A stretch of 64,000 nt of DNA from Podarcis filfolensis. Taxonomy: Eukaryota. Position numbers and translations under genes: made by a program. Position 1 is the first letter of the stretch; each line of letters opens with the position of its first letter. Below are positions 26,892-39,858 of the stretch, piece after piece. Where the stretch lies: assembly GCA_964270895.1 (NCBI GenBank), contig OZ185437.1; one strand, 5' to 3'. The notes beneath the pieces were generated by a model, which searched no databases, was not told where the DNA came from, and saw only the letters and a list, made by a program, of their open reading frames with translations.

Positions 26892-26983
26892 GTACTGTAG
26901 TAAAGAAGCCCTTCTGTTTTCAGTGCAGTGCATTCAGTTCATTGTGCTTTTTTGAAAATGCTAATACTCACCATTGTTTTTAG

Positions 26984-27049
26984 GTTGCAGCTACACAGCC
27001 AGTGGGAGTTACAGTTTTTGCAAGCGGCCGTGGCTTGGGACTCTTCCAG
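26984..27049 (+). CDS. CD109: CD109 exon (VAATQPVGVTVFASGRGLGLFQ)
   Basis: ttttag / gtatg; 22 codons. Confidence 0.93.
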
Positions 27050-27112
27050 GTATGTGATGTTGCTTTTGTGGAACTTTCTTTTCAGAAGGCTATTTGAACT
27101 AGAAACTACGTT

Positions 27113-27271
27113 CAGAGGTGGATTTAGGGGTGTGCGATTGGCTCACCCGCACTGGTCGCTGAGCTAACAGGGCGCCACAACAGTGAATTAGACCAGAAGG
27201 CGGGTGGGGGGTGCCAGATTTTGGCATTGCACAGGATGCCACTGAAATTTGAAAGCCCTAAGTCCACCATG
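27113..27271. mobile_element. hAT-type MITE
   Basis: Termini cagaggtggatttagg / cctaagtccaccatg; decayed 8-bp TSD actacgtt / gctacttt. Confidence 0.7.
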
Positions 27272-28275
27272 GCTACTTTTAAGTTGGATTACATTTTCAT
27301 TTTCAAAAGTGGACTCAACATTATGTGAACTAGGCCACTTACTAGAGTCCCTGTGACTTAATTAACTTGGATTTTTCCAGTGTGTTTTATCTGCCCCTTG
27401 TACTGGACTCTCTTAAAGCGCTCTATCATTCAGTTATAACAATCATATGATAACTAGTAAGGCTGTCCATAACATAAAGAATCTATGGCTTGTTTTTTAA
27501 TTCCTGTGGGCAGATGACCTTCACCCAATGGAATTTTTCCATCCCTTCCCTCTTATGAGAGTATTTGTGTTTGGCTACATTTATGTTTGGTATCTGCCAC
27601 CATTTCTAGACGCTGCCAGAAGAGATAATGTTGTTTGTAGTTTGAAGGTGGCAAGAGTGCAGAATATAGGTTAGCGTAGAAATCCAATACCTTTATCACA
27701 TACTTTTGTCTTTAATTCCCATAGAAGGTATTAAACTGAGTGCATAAATTACATGAATCACTTTCCATGATGACTTGAATTCTGTGCAACAAACAAACTA
27801 ATCTGCAGCAGATAAACTGTAATCAGCCATTCATCAGCTGTAATTCAACACTGGCGGAAGTCGAAGAGTAAACTATGTTATTCCTGTAAAATCTCAGTAA
27901 GAGACCAGAGCATTGTAAATTGGAATTATTCTGGTGTGTGCATTTTCATAAATGCTGTTTCTGATTACCATAAAGTTCAAATGTGTTTGAGAATAATTTC
28001 AGTTCCAGCAGTGGAGGCCAAGAATTCTGTCGGTATCACAGAAGGCAATTGCTTGCTCATCCATCATATTTGAAGGTAGTGGAATTAGCAGGAATTGTTT
28101 CCAACAACAGTCAGACTGCTAAAAGTTAACAACAAATGCAAAATATCACAAGCTTCTTTTTAAATAATGAACCTATCAGACTAATTTTAAATCTAGAATT
28201 AATCAAACATAAGCATTCTGTTATGGGTTTAAATTTATTGCAACAATAAATTGACTTCAAGCACTAAGTACATAA

Positions 28276-28635
28276 GGGACGCGGGTGGCGCTGTGGGTTA
28301 AACCACAGAGCCTAGGGCTTGCCGATCAGAAGGTCGGTGGTTCGAATCCCCGCAACGGGATGAGCTCCCGTTGCTCGGTCTCTGCTCCTGCCAACCTAGC
28401 AGTTCGAAAGCACTAGCTGTTCGAAAGTGCAAGTAGATAAATAGGTACCACTCTGGTGGGAAGGTAAACGGTGTTTCCGTGCACTGCTCTGGTTCGCCAG
28501 AAGTGGCTTAGTCATGCTGGCCACACGACCTGGAAGCTGTACGCCGGCTCCCTCGGCCAATAAAGCAAGATGAGCGCCGCAACCCCAGAGTTGGCCACGA
28601 CTGGACCTAATGGTCAGGGGTCCCTTTACCCTTTA
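28276..28635 (+). mobile_element. Sauria SINE, full length
   Basis: A/B-box tRNA-like head (ggttcgaatcc), tttacc tail, near-perfect TSD ctaagt(a/g)cata. Confidence 0.93.
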
Positions 28636-30514
28636 CTAAGTGCATATGTACTTGTTTCCTAACAGTAACATTGATCCTATGCATATTTCCCATTAAGATT
28701 TTTCCACTTGAACAAATGGAGTTTACACATAATTAAGTGTGGATAGGATTGTCTTGTTACTTTTTAAGTGGCATTGGCTACCATCACAAGTGGTAGCCTT
28801 ATGCTATTAGTGGGGCTTGACCCTTCCAGGCTTACATGGCTTATCCTTACTACTAGGTCATTAGAGACTCAGGAAATCTGGTACAGCTTGGCACTAACTT
28901 TTCTTTGACGAAGTAGGAGATTCCTGTAGTTGGGGGGCAGAGCAAGGCAGATGGCTGGAAAGCCATTATTTCCACGACTATAGCAAAAACAGATTTAAAG
29001 CACGGGTCTTCCGTGATACAGTTCCAAGACCTTGCACTTTCTCGTCTGTAGTTTGGCAGAGCAAAAGAAATAAAGACTTCTGGAATAATTTCATCCAATA
29101 CAGTTTGGGTTTGCTGGAACCACCTCCTGTCTTTCCTTTTACTTGGCAGGAATCCTGCCGAACGAAAAAGAACTGTGATACCCTTCAAAGGGTTATTTCC
29201 CCCCGCCACTTCAGCCCACAAGCTAGATCTGCTTTTCATCTGCGATATGAAATCGCATGTGATTATTACCATCTTTCTTTCTTTTTGCTATATTAATTCC
29301 CTTATCCTGTGAGCCATTGCTGCAAAGCAGCAGCTCATATGTTCTGGCACACGCATCCCAACCCTGGTGTGGCAGAACAATTTGTCCCCTCCTGTTGAAG
29401 CTCAGGCCAAGGGCTACCACAGCTGTTCCCAATGGCACTTCTGTGCTGGTGCCCTTGCATGGCACAGCTATTCTGCACAAGGAGCTTGTGGAAGGTTGGG
29501 TGGGGCTTGGCAGAGGGCTTGGCGATACTCCTCCAGAGGCATCCTGCAGATTGCTCCTCACTTCCAGAGCCCTTAAACGTGACACAGCCTAGTTTTCTTC
29601 TTTAAATAACAGCAAAATGAGTAATAGGAGGACATCTTCGTCCTACTTACCACATGCAGGAAACATTTCTATCCTGTTAAAAGGCTCTGGGTTGTAAAAA
29701 CTCTTTTTTGTACTTAAGGCTGCGCAGCTGTGCAGCAGCTAACCAAAGGAGTCGTCTGATAGCAAATAAGAGTTTGATGAGGAAGCACGATAGTGGCCAG
29801 CCACATTTGGTAACTGGTGCAGGTCCTCTGTTGGCAGGTCTTCGCAAGATGCTGCTCACCAACAAAATGCAGATTGCCAGCCATGTGTAGCCAACTTGTT
29901 AAAGGGATCAGTAATTTTTTTTCTGATGTTGTGCCTGTTTGGAACTGCAGAAACAGTGGGACTGGGTTGGGAGGTACCTGGGAGGCTCCATTACAAGTTT
30001 TTCCCCTCCATTCAGTTCTGTGGAGACCTTCTGGTGACTGATTATTGCCTCTCTCTTTGCAATTCTAATAACACAGGCCTGATTTTTAGGAGATCTGTCT
30101 ATTCCTAAGTATCTTATATCCATCTGAGTATTATTATTTTTTTCCTTACCAGGTGTCCCAGCATCTTTATTGCCTTCTGGTCAGCCTGTTTGAAACTTTA
30201 TTTATCTTGGATTTAAAAAAAAATAATCAAAATCAAAGGCATAGTTGTTATGCTCTTTGTGTCTACTGTTGATAAACTTACGCAGCAAGCTTTCCTGTTG
30301 GCTGGAAGAAAGCATCCTTAATTAAACTCTTCACTGTGAAATGGGCTGATCTAGCTGAAACCCCTGGCAATGTCATGCCTGACTTCCAGAAGCCCTTTCT
30401 TTTGTTTTGGATACTAACATCTGTTCCATGCATATACCTGCAGCAAAGTGAGGAATCCAAATTGGTTTTAATTAATGGGCCTTGTTATTTTAGTCAAGAT
30501 GGACATGCTTATTT

Positions 30515-30711
30515 GGGGTTGTATCCAACAAAGCTGTCCAGTTCACGCAAGAACATCTGCTTGTGCAGCAAAACTTCTCCCTTTTCTCTCCTTTCCTCCA
30601 TGTGCCCCCCAAATCGGTTCTGGGGATTCCCCCGACCTTCTGCAGCTGACTTGTGCTTTCACAAGCAGAAGTCCTTGTGTTAACAGAACAGCCTTGTTGG
30701 ATGCAACTCCC
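30515..30711. mobile_element. Long-palindrome MITE
   Basis: ggggttgtatccaacaaagctg...cttgtg mirrored by cacaag...ccttgttggatgcaactccc. Confidence 0.75.
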
Positions 30712-33054
30712 TGAAATTAGGGTTTTAACTCTGCTTAACCAAATTAAATATATTTTGGATTTCTTAACACACTGGATATTGACAGGGCTCCCTTGAGATA
30801 ATACCCATCTGGTTTTATGAGGTTGTTTATGACCCATTTTTACAGGTGCTTGCATTTGTTGTTTTTATATGCAAGTTAGGCTGCATGCACAGTTACCTGA
30901 GACTTAGCCCCATTAGTCTTACTTTTGAGTAGACACGTGCTGGATTGTGCTGTTAGTTAACATTCCATTTCCTTCCTCAACACTCAATTTAACAGCCAAA
31001 TAAAATACTTTGGAGAAGAAACTCCTGCTGAAGATAACCCTTTAGCATATACCTCCATCCAGACATCTGTTTGCTATGATCAGAGGCTTAAGAATAAACA
31101 TAGGAAAGCAAAGGATTCCTGGACTGGTAGGAGATTTTTCCAAATACTTGACACATTTCAGATGGAATATTGCAAGGACTGCCGCCAGATTTTTTTTAAA
31201 AAAAAACTTCATAAGGCTGCCAGTGACTGGCGTTGAAGATTGCTGTGTTGCTGTCAGTAGTTGCTGGAGTGCAGTTTGTCCTGCTATTTCATTAGTGTGC
31301 TAGGATCTGCTGTGCTTTGTGGAAGGAACAGGAGCCTCTTTGGGGTCAGAAGTTGGTAAGCTTAGTTACACTAAGTGTTACAAACACTGAATTCCAGCTA
31401 TCCGTCCGTGTTCCTGGATAGTCCCTTTCAGTGTGCTGTTTTGCCACAGCAGCTTCCTATTTATTTTGGCAATTTTTATTTTATTTTAGCTAAACCAGTA
31501 GTGTGGATCTAGAGACGATCCAGGAGTCTAGAATGCATTTTGCCCCACAGCCAGAAGATGACTTTTGCCAAGCGAGACTGCTGGCCTTTCCACACAATTA
31601 AACAAAAGAGTGTCCCCAGCCATCCTGATCCAGCTACAGTTTGCAATGTCCCCATCTGTATATAAAGATACGAGGAACTTTGCTTCAGACTATGCTGCAC
31701 CTTAAATATTAAAAAAAACCCCAAAACCTCAAGTTTACATAATGGGGGAGGAGGGCCAATTTGGGTTTTGCCACTTAAAGCAAAGTGTAAGGATGAGCAC
31801 GCCAGTGTTCAGGTTAGGCAGCTGGAAACACTCAACAGTCCAATAATTTCAAACAAATAAAAACCTTAACTAGGAAGATCACAAAATAGTACAGACATGA
31901 ATTCAGTTATTGAGACGTGAGCGTTATCCAGTAAATGCCCAGACACTCACACTTACATCCAGTTACAAAAAACAATGCCTGCACAATCTGGAGAAACTAT
32001 CACATTTTCCCAGATACCAAACATTGTATATTTAAGTGCTTGTAAAATACATTTGCCCTAGAACAGAAGTGCAATCTTAAGGGAAGATGGTTTGTTCCCA
32101 GAAAATGTGTAGCAAATGTTCGCATATTGTAGAAAAGGTCTGCAAGACCTTAATTAGTTTTGTGGTCCTCACAAACCCCAGTGTTGGCAGCTGTGGGTAC
32201 TTGTGTGTGTGAATTGTGAAGGACTGGCTGTACACTGGATGCATCTCTGTCTTCTAAACCACTATACAGATGTGCCCTACAAAATGAGTCAGTAAATGCT
32301 CTTTGCGTGTGGTATGAAATCTTGCTTTGCACCGTATGCAGCGGAGAAGGAAGGAGTTTTTCCATTCCTGAGTGGATACTGTAGTCAGGTAAATCATATT
32401 CAGTCACTCCTCTGTGAGCCTTTCTTTCTCTGTGCGGTTTTCTTTGTCCAGTACCAGGAAGGAATAGAAGATTAAACATGAAGCTTCTTTCAATTAAATG
32501 TGTCCTTAAGGGGTCATTCAGTATATTGTTTCAGATGTTCCTGTGCTGCTGGTAAATTCTTACCCATTTGCTTCTCTTGGCAAATACTAAAACAACAGCT
32601 TTTGGGTGTTGACAAATTGCTGATTTGCTTCCAGCTTGATTTGAGCAAATTCACAACGTGCCTCCAATAAGGAGAAAGCATGTTCAACATTTTTTATTAT
32701 TTTGGGATCCTGATGGGCTTCTTTTGAGGCCTTAGGAGTGGATGTTTTCAGTCAGAAACAGCGATGTGTTTTACCTTCCTTGCTTTTTTGAGGGGGCGGG
32801 TCTTTTTATATTACAGCAGTTCTGTATTTAGTTTCCTTAACTCTGAGAGGACATAAACTAAGGACTACCTACATATTATATGCTAATGTGTGCAGCATTG
32901 CCACAAGTAACAATTTTGTTTTTTGAAGAGGGAACTATGCATTGTTCCATAGCACCCTTCCCCTCCAATTTTATCTCTGTAGGTTTCTAAATGCTTTTAC
33001 AAACCTGCATTTTGAACCTCATGAGTAGAGGATACTGATAGACATAGATTAATC

Positions 33055-33285
33055 AGGGGCTGTTCCACACTTTGGCTTGTGCCATGCTTAGAAAGCATGG
33101 GTTCGAGGGGTTTTCACCTTGCCCATCTCCTTTCCAAGGGAAATCCAGCTGTTTAGCAATAGATCCGAACAAATGTCAATCCGCGGAAAACCCAAATTGC
33201 TGTTTGCTCTGATTGAATGCTAAAGAGTGATTTTGCCTGGGGGGGGGGGGAAGCAGTGGGACAAGAGGAAGTGTGGCTAAGCCCT
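33055..33285. mobile_element. MITE with agggct..ccacactt termini
   Basis: ggggctgttccacacttt / aagtgtggctaagccct. Confidence 0.55.
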
Positions 33286-34628
33286 TGGTCAAGCACCCCA
33301 CATTCTCTGGTTGCTTCTCTTGCTTGCCTCCTACCCACATGATCTCTCTACATTGGGTGAAACAAAGGAAGACCGAGTTGCTTTTATATAAAGCAGGGAG
33401 TAGAGAAAATGATCTTGGAAAAGAAACTAATGGAGAGTAAATATTTATCTGTTGTAGTCTCTTGCTATGGATGTAATTGATATTTTCCCTTGAAGAGGGT
33501 TAATGGAACGGAATACTTTTATTTGCAGCATATGTACTGTGTATATGTATAGTAACATATAGTAAGCCTTCAATAACACTTGATTCCTAAGGTGACTGGT
33601 ATTTACATTAGTAAATAACACTTAAGATTTTACTGTGACAGGGTTCGTGTTTTGGAAGCAACCTTTATTTCTGGATGGTTTCATGTTTACTCTGTTTTGC
33701 AATATAAGAGAGAGATAAGGAGGTTTTTTTGGGGGGGGGCGGGTAGTCATATGACCTATGCTATATTATAAACTTATTATTTTAATGAATTTCTTCTGAG
33801 TTTCATTCCTGGGAAATCAGTTCCAACTTTTCTTTAATACAGTGGTGGAAAGCCAGCCTGTGGGCCTAATTAGGCCCAACAAACTCTCTAAATTTGGCAC
33901 GTGAAGCCATTTTGGGCAAACCACACATACCTGTCAGTTACCGGAAGCTGTATGTCATGAGGTGTAGAGATTTGCTATCTATGATCTAAGTGTTATGATT
34001 AGCAATAAAGGATCTCTGATATGGCATCAAGCACCACAGTTGTAAGATGGGAGATAAGCCTCTGCCTGCCCTGTCACCCTTGCTCAATGTCTGGGTGAGC
34101 TGATAGGAAATTTAGTAATAAAATTAAAATAAAGAGTCAAGATCCTATGTTTTTGCATGCAGAAGTGTTTTTCTGAGAAAGTATTCTGTCTAATTATTAA
34201 ATAAAATGATATTTGCATCACTAGCATATTTCCAAGAACAGAAGTACCTTTTCTTTGTTAATCCACTTTCAATGGTTGAAACGGCATCTTGCAATGCCTT
34301 CAGATTCATACAAGTTACATCCCTATCTGTCCTTAATGGCAGCATAATGTTAATGGCAGCATGCTCATGGGATTTCATAATTTGCTTGCATTAGCCTGGC
34401 AGTTTTGCTTCTATTACGTTCTGGATTGACTCAAATTATTCTATGGTGAATGTTGATGCTGAAACTGTATCACAACTATAAAGTTTTCATGATCTAGAAT
34501 CTAGACTGCTCTATTCTTACCTCTCTTCAAGAGCTCTTTCATAGTCCTGCAGTTTGATCTCAGATGTTTGCATTATATCACTTATATACACACCAGTAAT
34601 TTCATGTTTGATGTTTCCACTCTTGTAG

Positions 34629-34771
34629 CTCAATATTATGTACAACGTGAAAAATTCACATACCAGTAGGCGGCGGAGATCTGCACAAAGTCAGGAAGCC
34701 TTTGACTTGGATGTTGTCGTAAAGGATGACAAAAAAGATATAAATCACTTAACGCTGAACGTTTGCACCAG
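34629..34771 (+). CDS. CD109: CD109 exon (LNIMYNVK..SRRRRSAQSQEAFDLDV...LNVCT)
   Basis: ttgtag / gtaag; RRRR furin site at 34668-34679. Confidence 0.97.
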
Positions 34772-37254
34772 GTAAGTATATATGTGAAACTATCACTCCT
34801 CCCCTTTTATTTACAGAATTCTAATAATATTTGGACAGGGCAATTATTATTATTTTTTTACACATACATGAATAGCTCAAGGGAGCAAAGATTGCATGTA
34901 TATAAAGCAAAAATATCAGGAATAGCAGATTTGAACTGATGATCATTTTTACAGAACAGTTCTGAGTAAACATGCTTTGTATCAGGTCTCAAGTCTTCAC
35001 AATGCCAGTAAAATTTGTTTCCTTTTTTACATAGCAATTCATTAGCTTGCTTTCCTTCCATTGAGGTCTGTGCATTGAAACTAGCTGATTTTAAATGGTT
35101 GCTCACCCGTTTTGCTTTGGTTCCACAAGGGGATCCCCAGCGATCTTCATGGAGTCTCCCTACTTAGGTTGCTAGCCAGCATGCCAAGTCATTTTTCAGG
35201 ATACTCCATTCCACCCTCCACTCCCCCAAGTTTTCTGCTTTTCTTTTTCAACTGATCTTCAACATCCTGTGGTTACTGATCCTATTCAGATTTCATCGAA
35301 CTCTTTGTGGTTTTATTCTTTGCCCCCCTTTAGTTTTTTTTTAATTAAAAAAAAATTATTGTACTTATTTAAACCTTGGGGTTCCTGCTAGCATTCTGAT
35401 GCATTCCTCTTGGACTTTATTTTTCTACAATAGTTCTGTAGAAAACAATTATACCTTGATGGCAATGACCAGAGCTCTCTTCCTATTTGCAGTTACAACA
35501 CAGACATAGTTACATCCAGTTCCAATTCAGTTATTTGTTTTCAATAGCAGCTACTTTGGCCTGACGACTCATCCCACAGATGGTTTTGTTTCCTTTTAAT
35601 CTCACGAGCCAGCCTCAGCCAACAGTTGTACTGAATTTCTTTCAAAGCCATATCTGTATTTAATCATCCCTGCTGCCAGGCCTGAGAGCATTGCTTTGAA
35701 AAGTGAGTCTTCCTCTCTTGCAAATTGTCCCCTTATAAAAAGAAATACAGTTTTATTAAATTACTTTTAACTACTGTCAGGCATTCAAAATACAGATTGG
35801 AGACACACTCTTTTTCCAAGAGAACAGTGGTGGTTTACTGTCTCTGCCAAGCAAAATCCTTCTGCCACCTATTTGAAGAACTCCCCTCATGAAAAGGTAC
35901 TTAAGTGTTACCTCATATAAAATAAAAAGCCACAAACATGTTTTCATAGCCTAGCTGAGAGTTAGCATTATTATGTGACTTGCAGGCATCTACTATATTG
36001 TGTGATTTTCTGGATGAAGGTACTTTCATGAGCACTTCTGGGAGGCAAAAAGAGAAAGGGGGGGTATTATCCCAGAGGCTCCATTACATAAATTAGTTAT
36101 ATAGGCTGCAATCCTATATCTACATACCTGGGAATAAGCTCCATTGAACTCAGTCAGATTAATTATGACATGTAGTGAATTGTGCTGTTATTTATAATTC
36201 CATGCATTATTTTAGGTGCTACAGACCATCAACTAGTTAAGTGTTCTGCAGATTTACCTATGTTTGAATAACAGGTTAATCAACTAGAAACTTAATACTA
36301 CAAAATGTTGGAAAGCATCCAGACAATCAGCAAGCTCTTTATTTTCCCATCACATTTGTGGTGAATGAAGTGGAACTCAGGTGACAGAAGGGGTCCATCG
36401 GTCAGTAGACTCTGTAGCTACTGCTTGCTTAGACGAGCTAGATTAGTTTGGTTTTGCAGCAGTCAGTTTTCCAATAACTTTATTCTGCTTGATTCGAACT
36501 GCCAAGTGGACACAATCCATCAAAAGGTTGTGACTAGGCCCATTGAATGCAAAGGAATGGGACTTACTAACTTTGCCATGTTTTATTTTAGTGGGAGTTT
36601 GTTGTATTTTGCTGCACTGCTGTCAGTTCTTGCTGGAAAAAACTGATTCCCTTCTTGTTCACTCCCAGGGTGTTCTTGTCTCCACATCATATCTTTTACT
36701 GGCCTATGTGCTTCTTAAAACCATCTTCTTGCCATTTCCACCTCTCCTCAGTTACATCCCCGCTTCTTAGGGTGATTCCAAGAAGCAGCAGACAGCAAAG
36801 GAAATAGTTATTTCCAAGTTGTGGCTGGGGAGCTATCTGGATCAAATTAATTAACTGACGAATGTATGTCCTTAATAATATTTTCCAAATTGAGAAAGAT
36901 GAATTTTACATACAAGTGCTTAGCAATTTTCTTTGTAAATTATTGCCATGCTGTGTTTCCTAATCGACACCACTGGATTTTAATTAAGGGTTAGGATAAT
37001 TGGAACAACCAAAAGTGAAATGCATTTTTAAAACTTTCCAGTTAGATTACATTGGGGATTTAATGCCCAATTCTTGGTCATAATTTTGTTGGTTCACCTA
37101 CCAGATAATTGGGGGCTAGTTCACACACTTGTATGAACTGAATTCCTCTATTTAGATGGTGGAGATGTGCAAATATTTGCTATACACTGTTGCTACATTT
37201 ATTTTGTGAGTGTGTATTCATCCATTCATTCTATGTAATGGTCGCTATTCAAAC

Positions 37255-37710
37255 ACAAAATAATGTCCCAAAGCCATTTAGAGCATAAAAGAAATTAAAA
37301 CCCCATATAAAATAACAATAAAACACAATACCTATACATATCCATCTAAGAACATTTATAAAAGAACAAATCCTACCCACCTCCTTAAAAGAAGAAGGCA
37401 GGCTAAAAGTAGAACTCACTGCCCTCCCAATTAGGAGTCACAGGCATGGATAAACAGGAGTGTTTTAGCTTGGTGCCTAAAAGCCAACAATGATGGTACC
37501 AGGGAGACTTTCCTGGGGAAAGCATTCCATAAGTAGGGAGCCACCACTGAGAAGGCTCGTCGCCACCTTCTGCATCTTCCTTTGAGGAAGCACACAGAAG
37601 GGCCTCTTCTGACAAGCAGTGTCTGAGTAGGTTGGGGAGAGGTGGTGCTTGAGGTATTGGTGTCCTGAAGTCAAAATAAGCACTTTGACTCAAGCCTGAA
37701 AACTAATTGA
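37255..37710 (-). mobile_element. L2 LINE 3' fragment
   Basis: ggggaaagcattccataagtagggagccaccactgagaaggc motif, shared with other copies. Confidence 0.7.
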
Positions 37711-37981
37711 TAGCTAATGCAATTGTGCCAGAATTGGTTTCATAGGCTCAGATCAGCAATCTTGCCGCTGAATTTTGCATTAGCTGCAGTTTAAAGGCAG
37801 CCTCATATATAACACATTGTAATAATTTGATCCAGAGCTTTGTCAACAGAGGTTAGGCTATCCCGGTGCCCCAAGGCCACTTGTGCCCCAAGCCACAGTA
37901 ATGGTTCCAGAAATATCCCCACGTTGCTTCTTCAGAGAGAGTATAACCCCATTCAGAATAATGTGTGTGTACATGTCATCA

Positions 37982-38060
37982 GAAGACAGGAGTGCCTGGC
38001 GTGCTCTGGTCCATGGGGTCACGAAGAGTCGGACACGACTAAACGACTAAACAAACAAAC
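37982..38060 (+). mobile_element. 5'-truncated BovB/RTE LINE 3' end
   Basis: gtccatggggtcacgaagagtcggacacgactaaacgactaaacaaac tail; 11-bp TSD acatgtcatca at 37971-37981 and 38061-38071. Confidence 0.9.
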
Positions 38061-38339
38061 ACATGTCATCAACATAATCCTTCCCTTTAAAAGGGTGGAA
38101 AGACATTCAAATCACATGCAGGTTCTGTCCTATTGTAGATAGATTATACTTGTAGACATTGTTGGGGTGGATGAAAAGTAACATTCCTCCATGGGTTCAT
38201 ACACCATCCATGCAAATGGAGCTGCCTATTCAGTTAAGCATATGAAGTGACCCATACTTTTACATGGAGTATTTACAATAGAATGTTTGAGTAAGTTTAT
38301 ATCTATGTAAACTATTCTGTTCCCTTTTTTGTTTGTTAG

Positions 38340-38496
38340 GTATTTGGGTGTTGGCTCATCTTCAAGGAGTGGCATGGCCCTCATAGAGGTTGGATTACTG
38401 AGCGGCTTCTCTCTGTCACCCAGTTTCGTGTCATTAGATGATCCAGTTAAGAAAGTGGAGAAGGCGGAAGGCAAAGTCCATTTATATTTGGACTCC
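38340..38496 (+). CDS. CD109: CD109 exon ([23 protein letters not shown]...LYLDS)
   Basis: ttgttag / gtaag; A2M receptor-binding-domain motif SGMAL.EV.LLSGF. Confidence 0.97.
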
Positions 38497-39094
38497 GTAA
38501 GTCAAAATACTGGATGAGAGTTTAATTAATTAAAAAAAAAACATTTACTACCCTCTGCCCTTTAAATTCAGATATCACATTTTTACGAAGTTTAAACAAA
38601 AAAATAAATTTATCTTTCTGGAACTGATAAAACAGGAGAATATTCTCATAGGGCATGCACTACTTTCTCCAAAGTAGGGTTTTGGTTAAAGCTGTATACT
38701 TGGAATACTATTTTGTTTTAAAGACATGTTTGTTGTATATGACCTTTTAGTGTTCAGTGAAACACCAGTATTAAGCACATGAAATATGGATTCATATGGT
38801 ATTCCTAGTGTGCACTCTTTGCACAAGGTGTGGAAGGAACAGCAATTAATGGGGTTGTGTGTCTCTGCCCCCAAATATGGAACATTTTTTTCCTGGACTA
38901 GCACTAATGTTTATATATGAGTTCATATATGAGTCTGCTCCAGCAGTCTGATCTGCCCACTCCTGCTGGCGGATGAAAGATCCACACTGCCGGGATGTGT
39001 TCAGCTATATGTGTTGGTTAATGCAAAGTGTTCTGTGTACAAAGAGGAATGCATTGCACACTGGGGCAAAAGAACCCATACTTTCACATTTACG

Positions 39095-39645
39095 TTTATG
39101 TGGTTTGATCTGGAGGTGACTGGTCAGGAAAGAGATGTAGGCATCATGGTGGATAGTTTGATAAAAATGTTGACCTAGTGTGTGGCTGCTTTGAAAAAAA
39201 GTGAATTTCATGTTAGACGGATCATTAGGAAAGGGGCTGAAAATAAAACTATATATTTTTACTCTTGGAATTCTGAGTTCAGTTCTGGTTGCTACATCTT
39301 AAAAAGAGTATTGTAGGGTTGTGGGGGGGTCATAAAAGTGTAACCAAAATGATAATGAAGCGGGAACAATTCTGCTATGAGGAAAGGCTTTTGAGTTCAG
39401 ATATGTAAGATGGGACATGGTAGTTGTATATACAATTATGTGTGTTTTGGATAAAGCGAATAGAGAGAAATCCTTCCCCCACTTCTCATAATACTGGGCT
39501 CTTCCAATGAAGCTGAATGTTGGAAGGTTTAGGACAGGCAAGCAGGAAGTGCTTCTATGCATACCACATCTGTAGCCACTGAGAGAACAGGATGCTGCAC
39601 TAGAGGAGTCTTCATTCTGATCCAGCAGAACCAGTTAATGTTGCT
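39095..39645 (+). mobile_element. Degenerate CR1 LINE 3' fragment
   Basis: gaaagagatgtaggcatcatggtggatag..., cagttctggttgctacatcttaaaaag, tatgaggaaaggc, ctgatccagcag end. Confidence 0.75.
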
Positions 39646-39755
39646 ATATTTTAGTAACAAGAAGTTAGAACATTAATTCATCTGGTCAGCTACATGCCTT
39701 TACCCTAGGAGTATATAAAAAGTCTTTGAAAGTTTTCTTTCTTTTTACTTTTTAG

Positions 39756-39858
39756 TTAAATGAAACACAGGTTTGTGTAGACATTCCAGCTGTGAGAGAC
39801 TTCAAAGTGGCAAATACCCAGGATGCCTCTGTGACTGTGGTGGATTATTATGAACCCA
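39756..39858 (+). CDS. CD109: CD109 exon (LNETQVCVDIPAVRDFKVANTQDASVTVVDYYEP)
   Basis: tttttag / gtaag. Confidence 0.97.
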
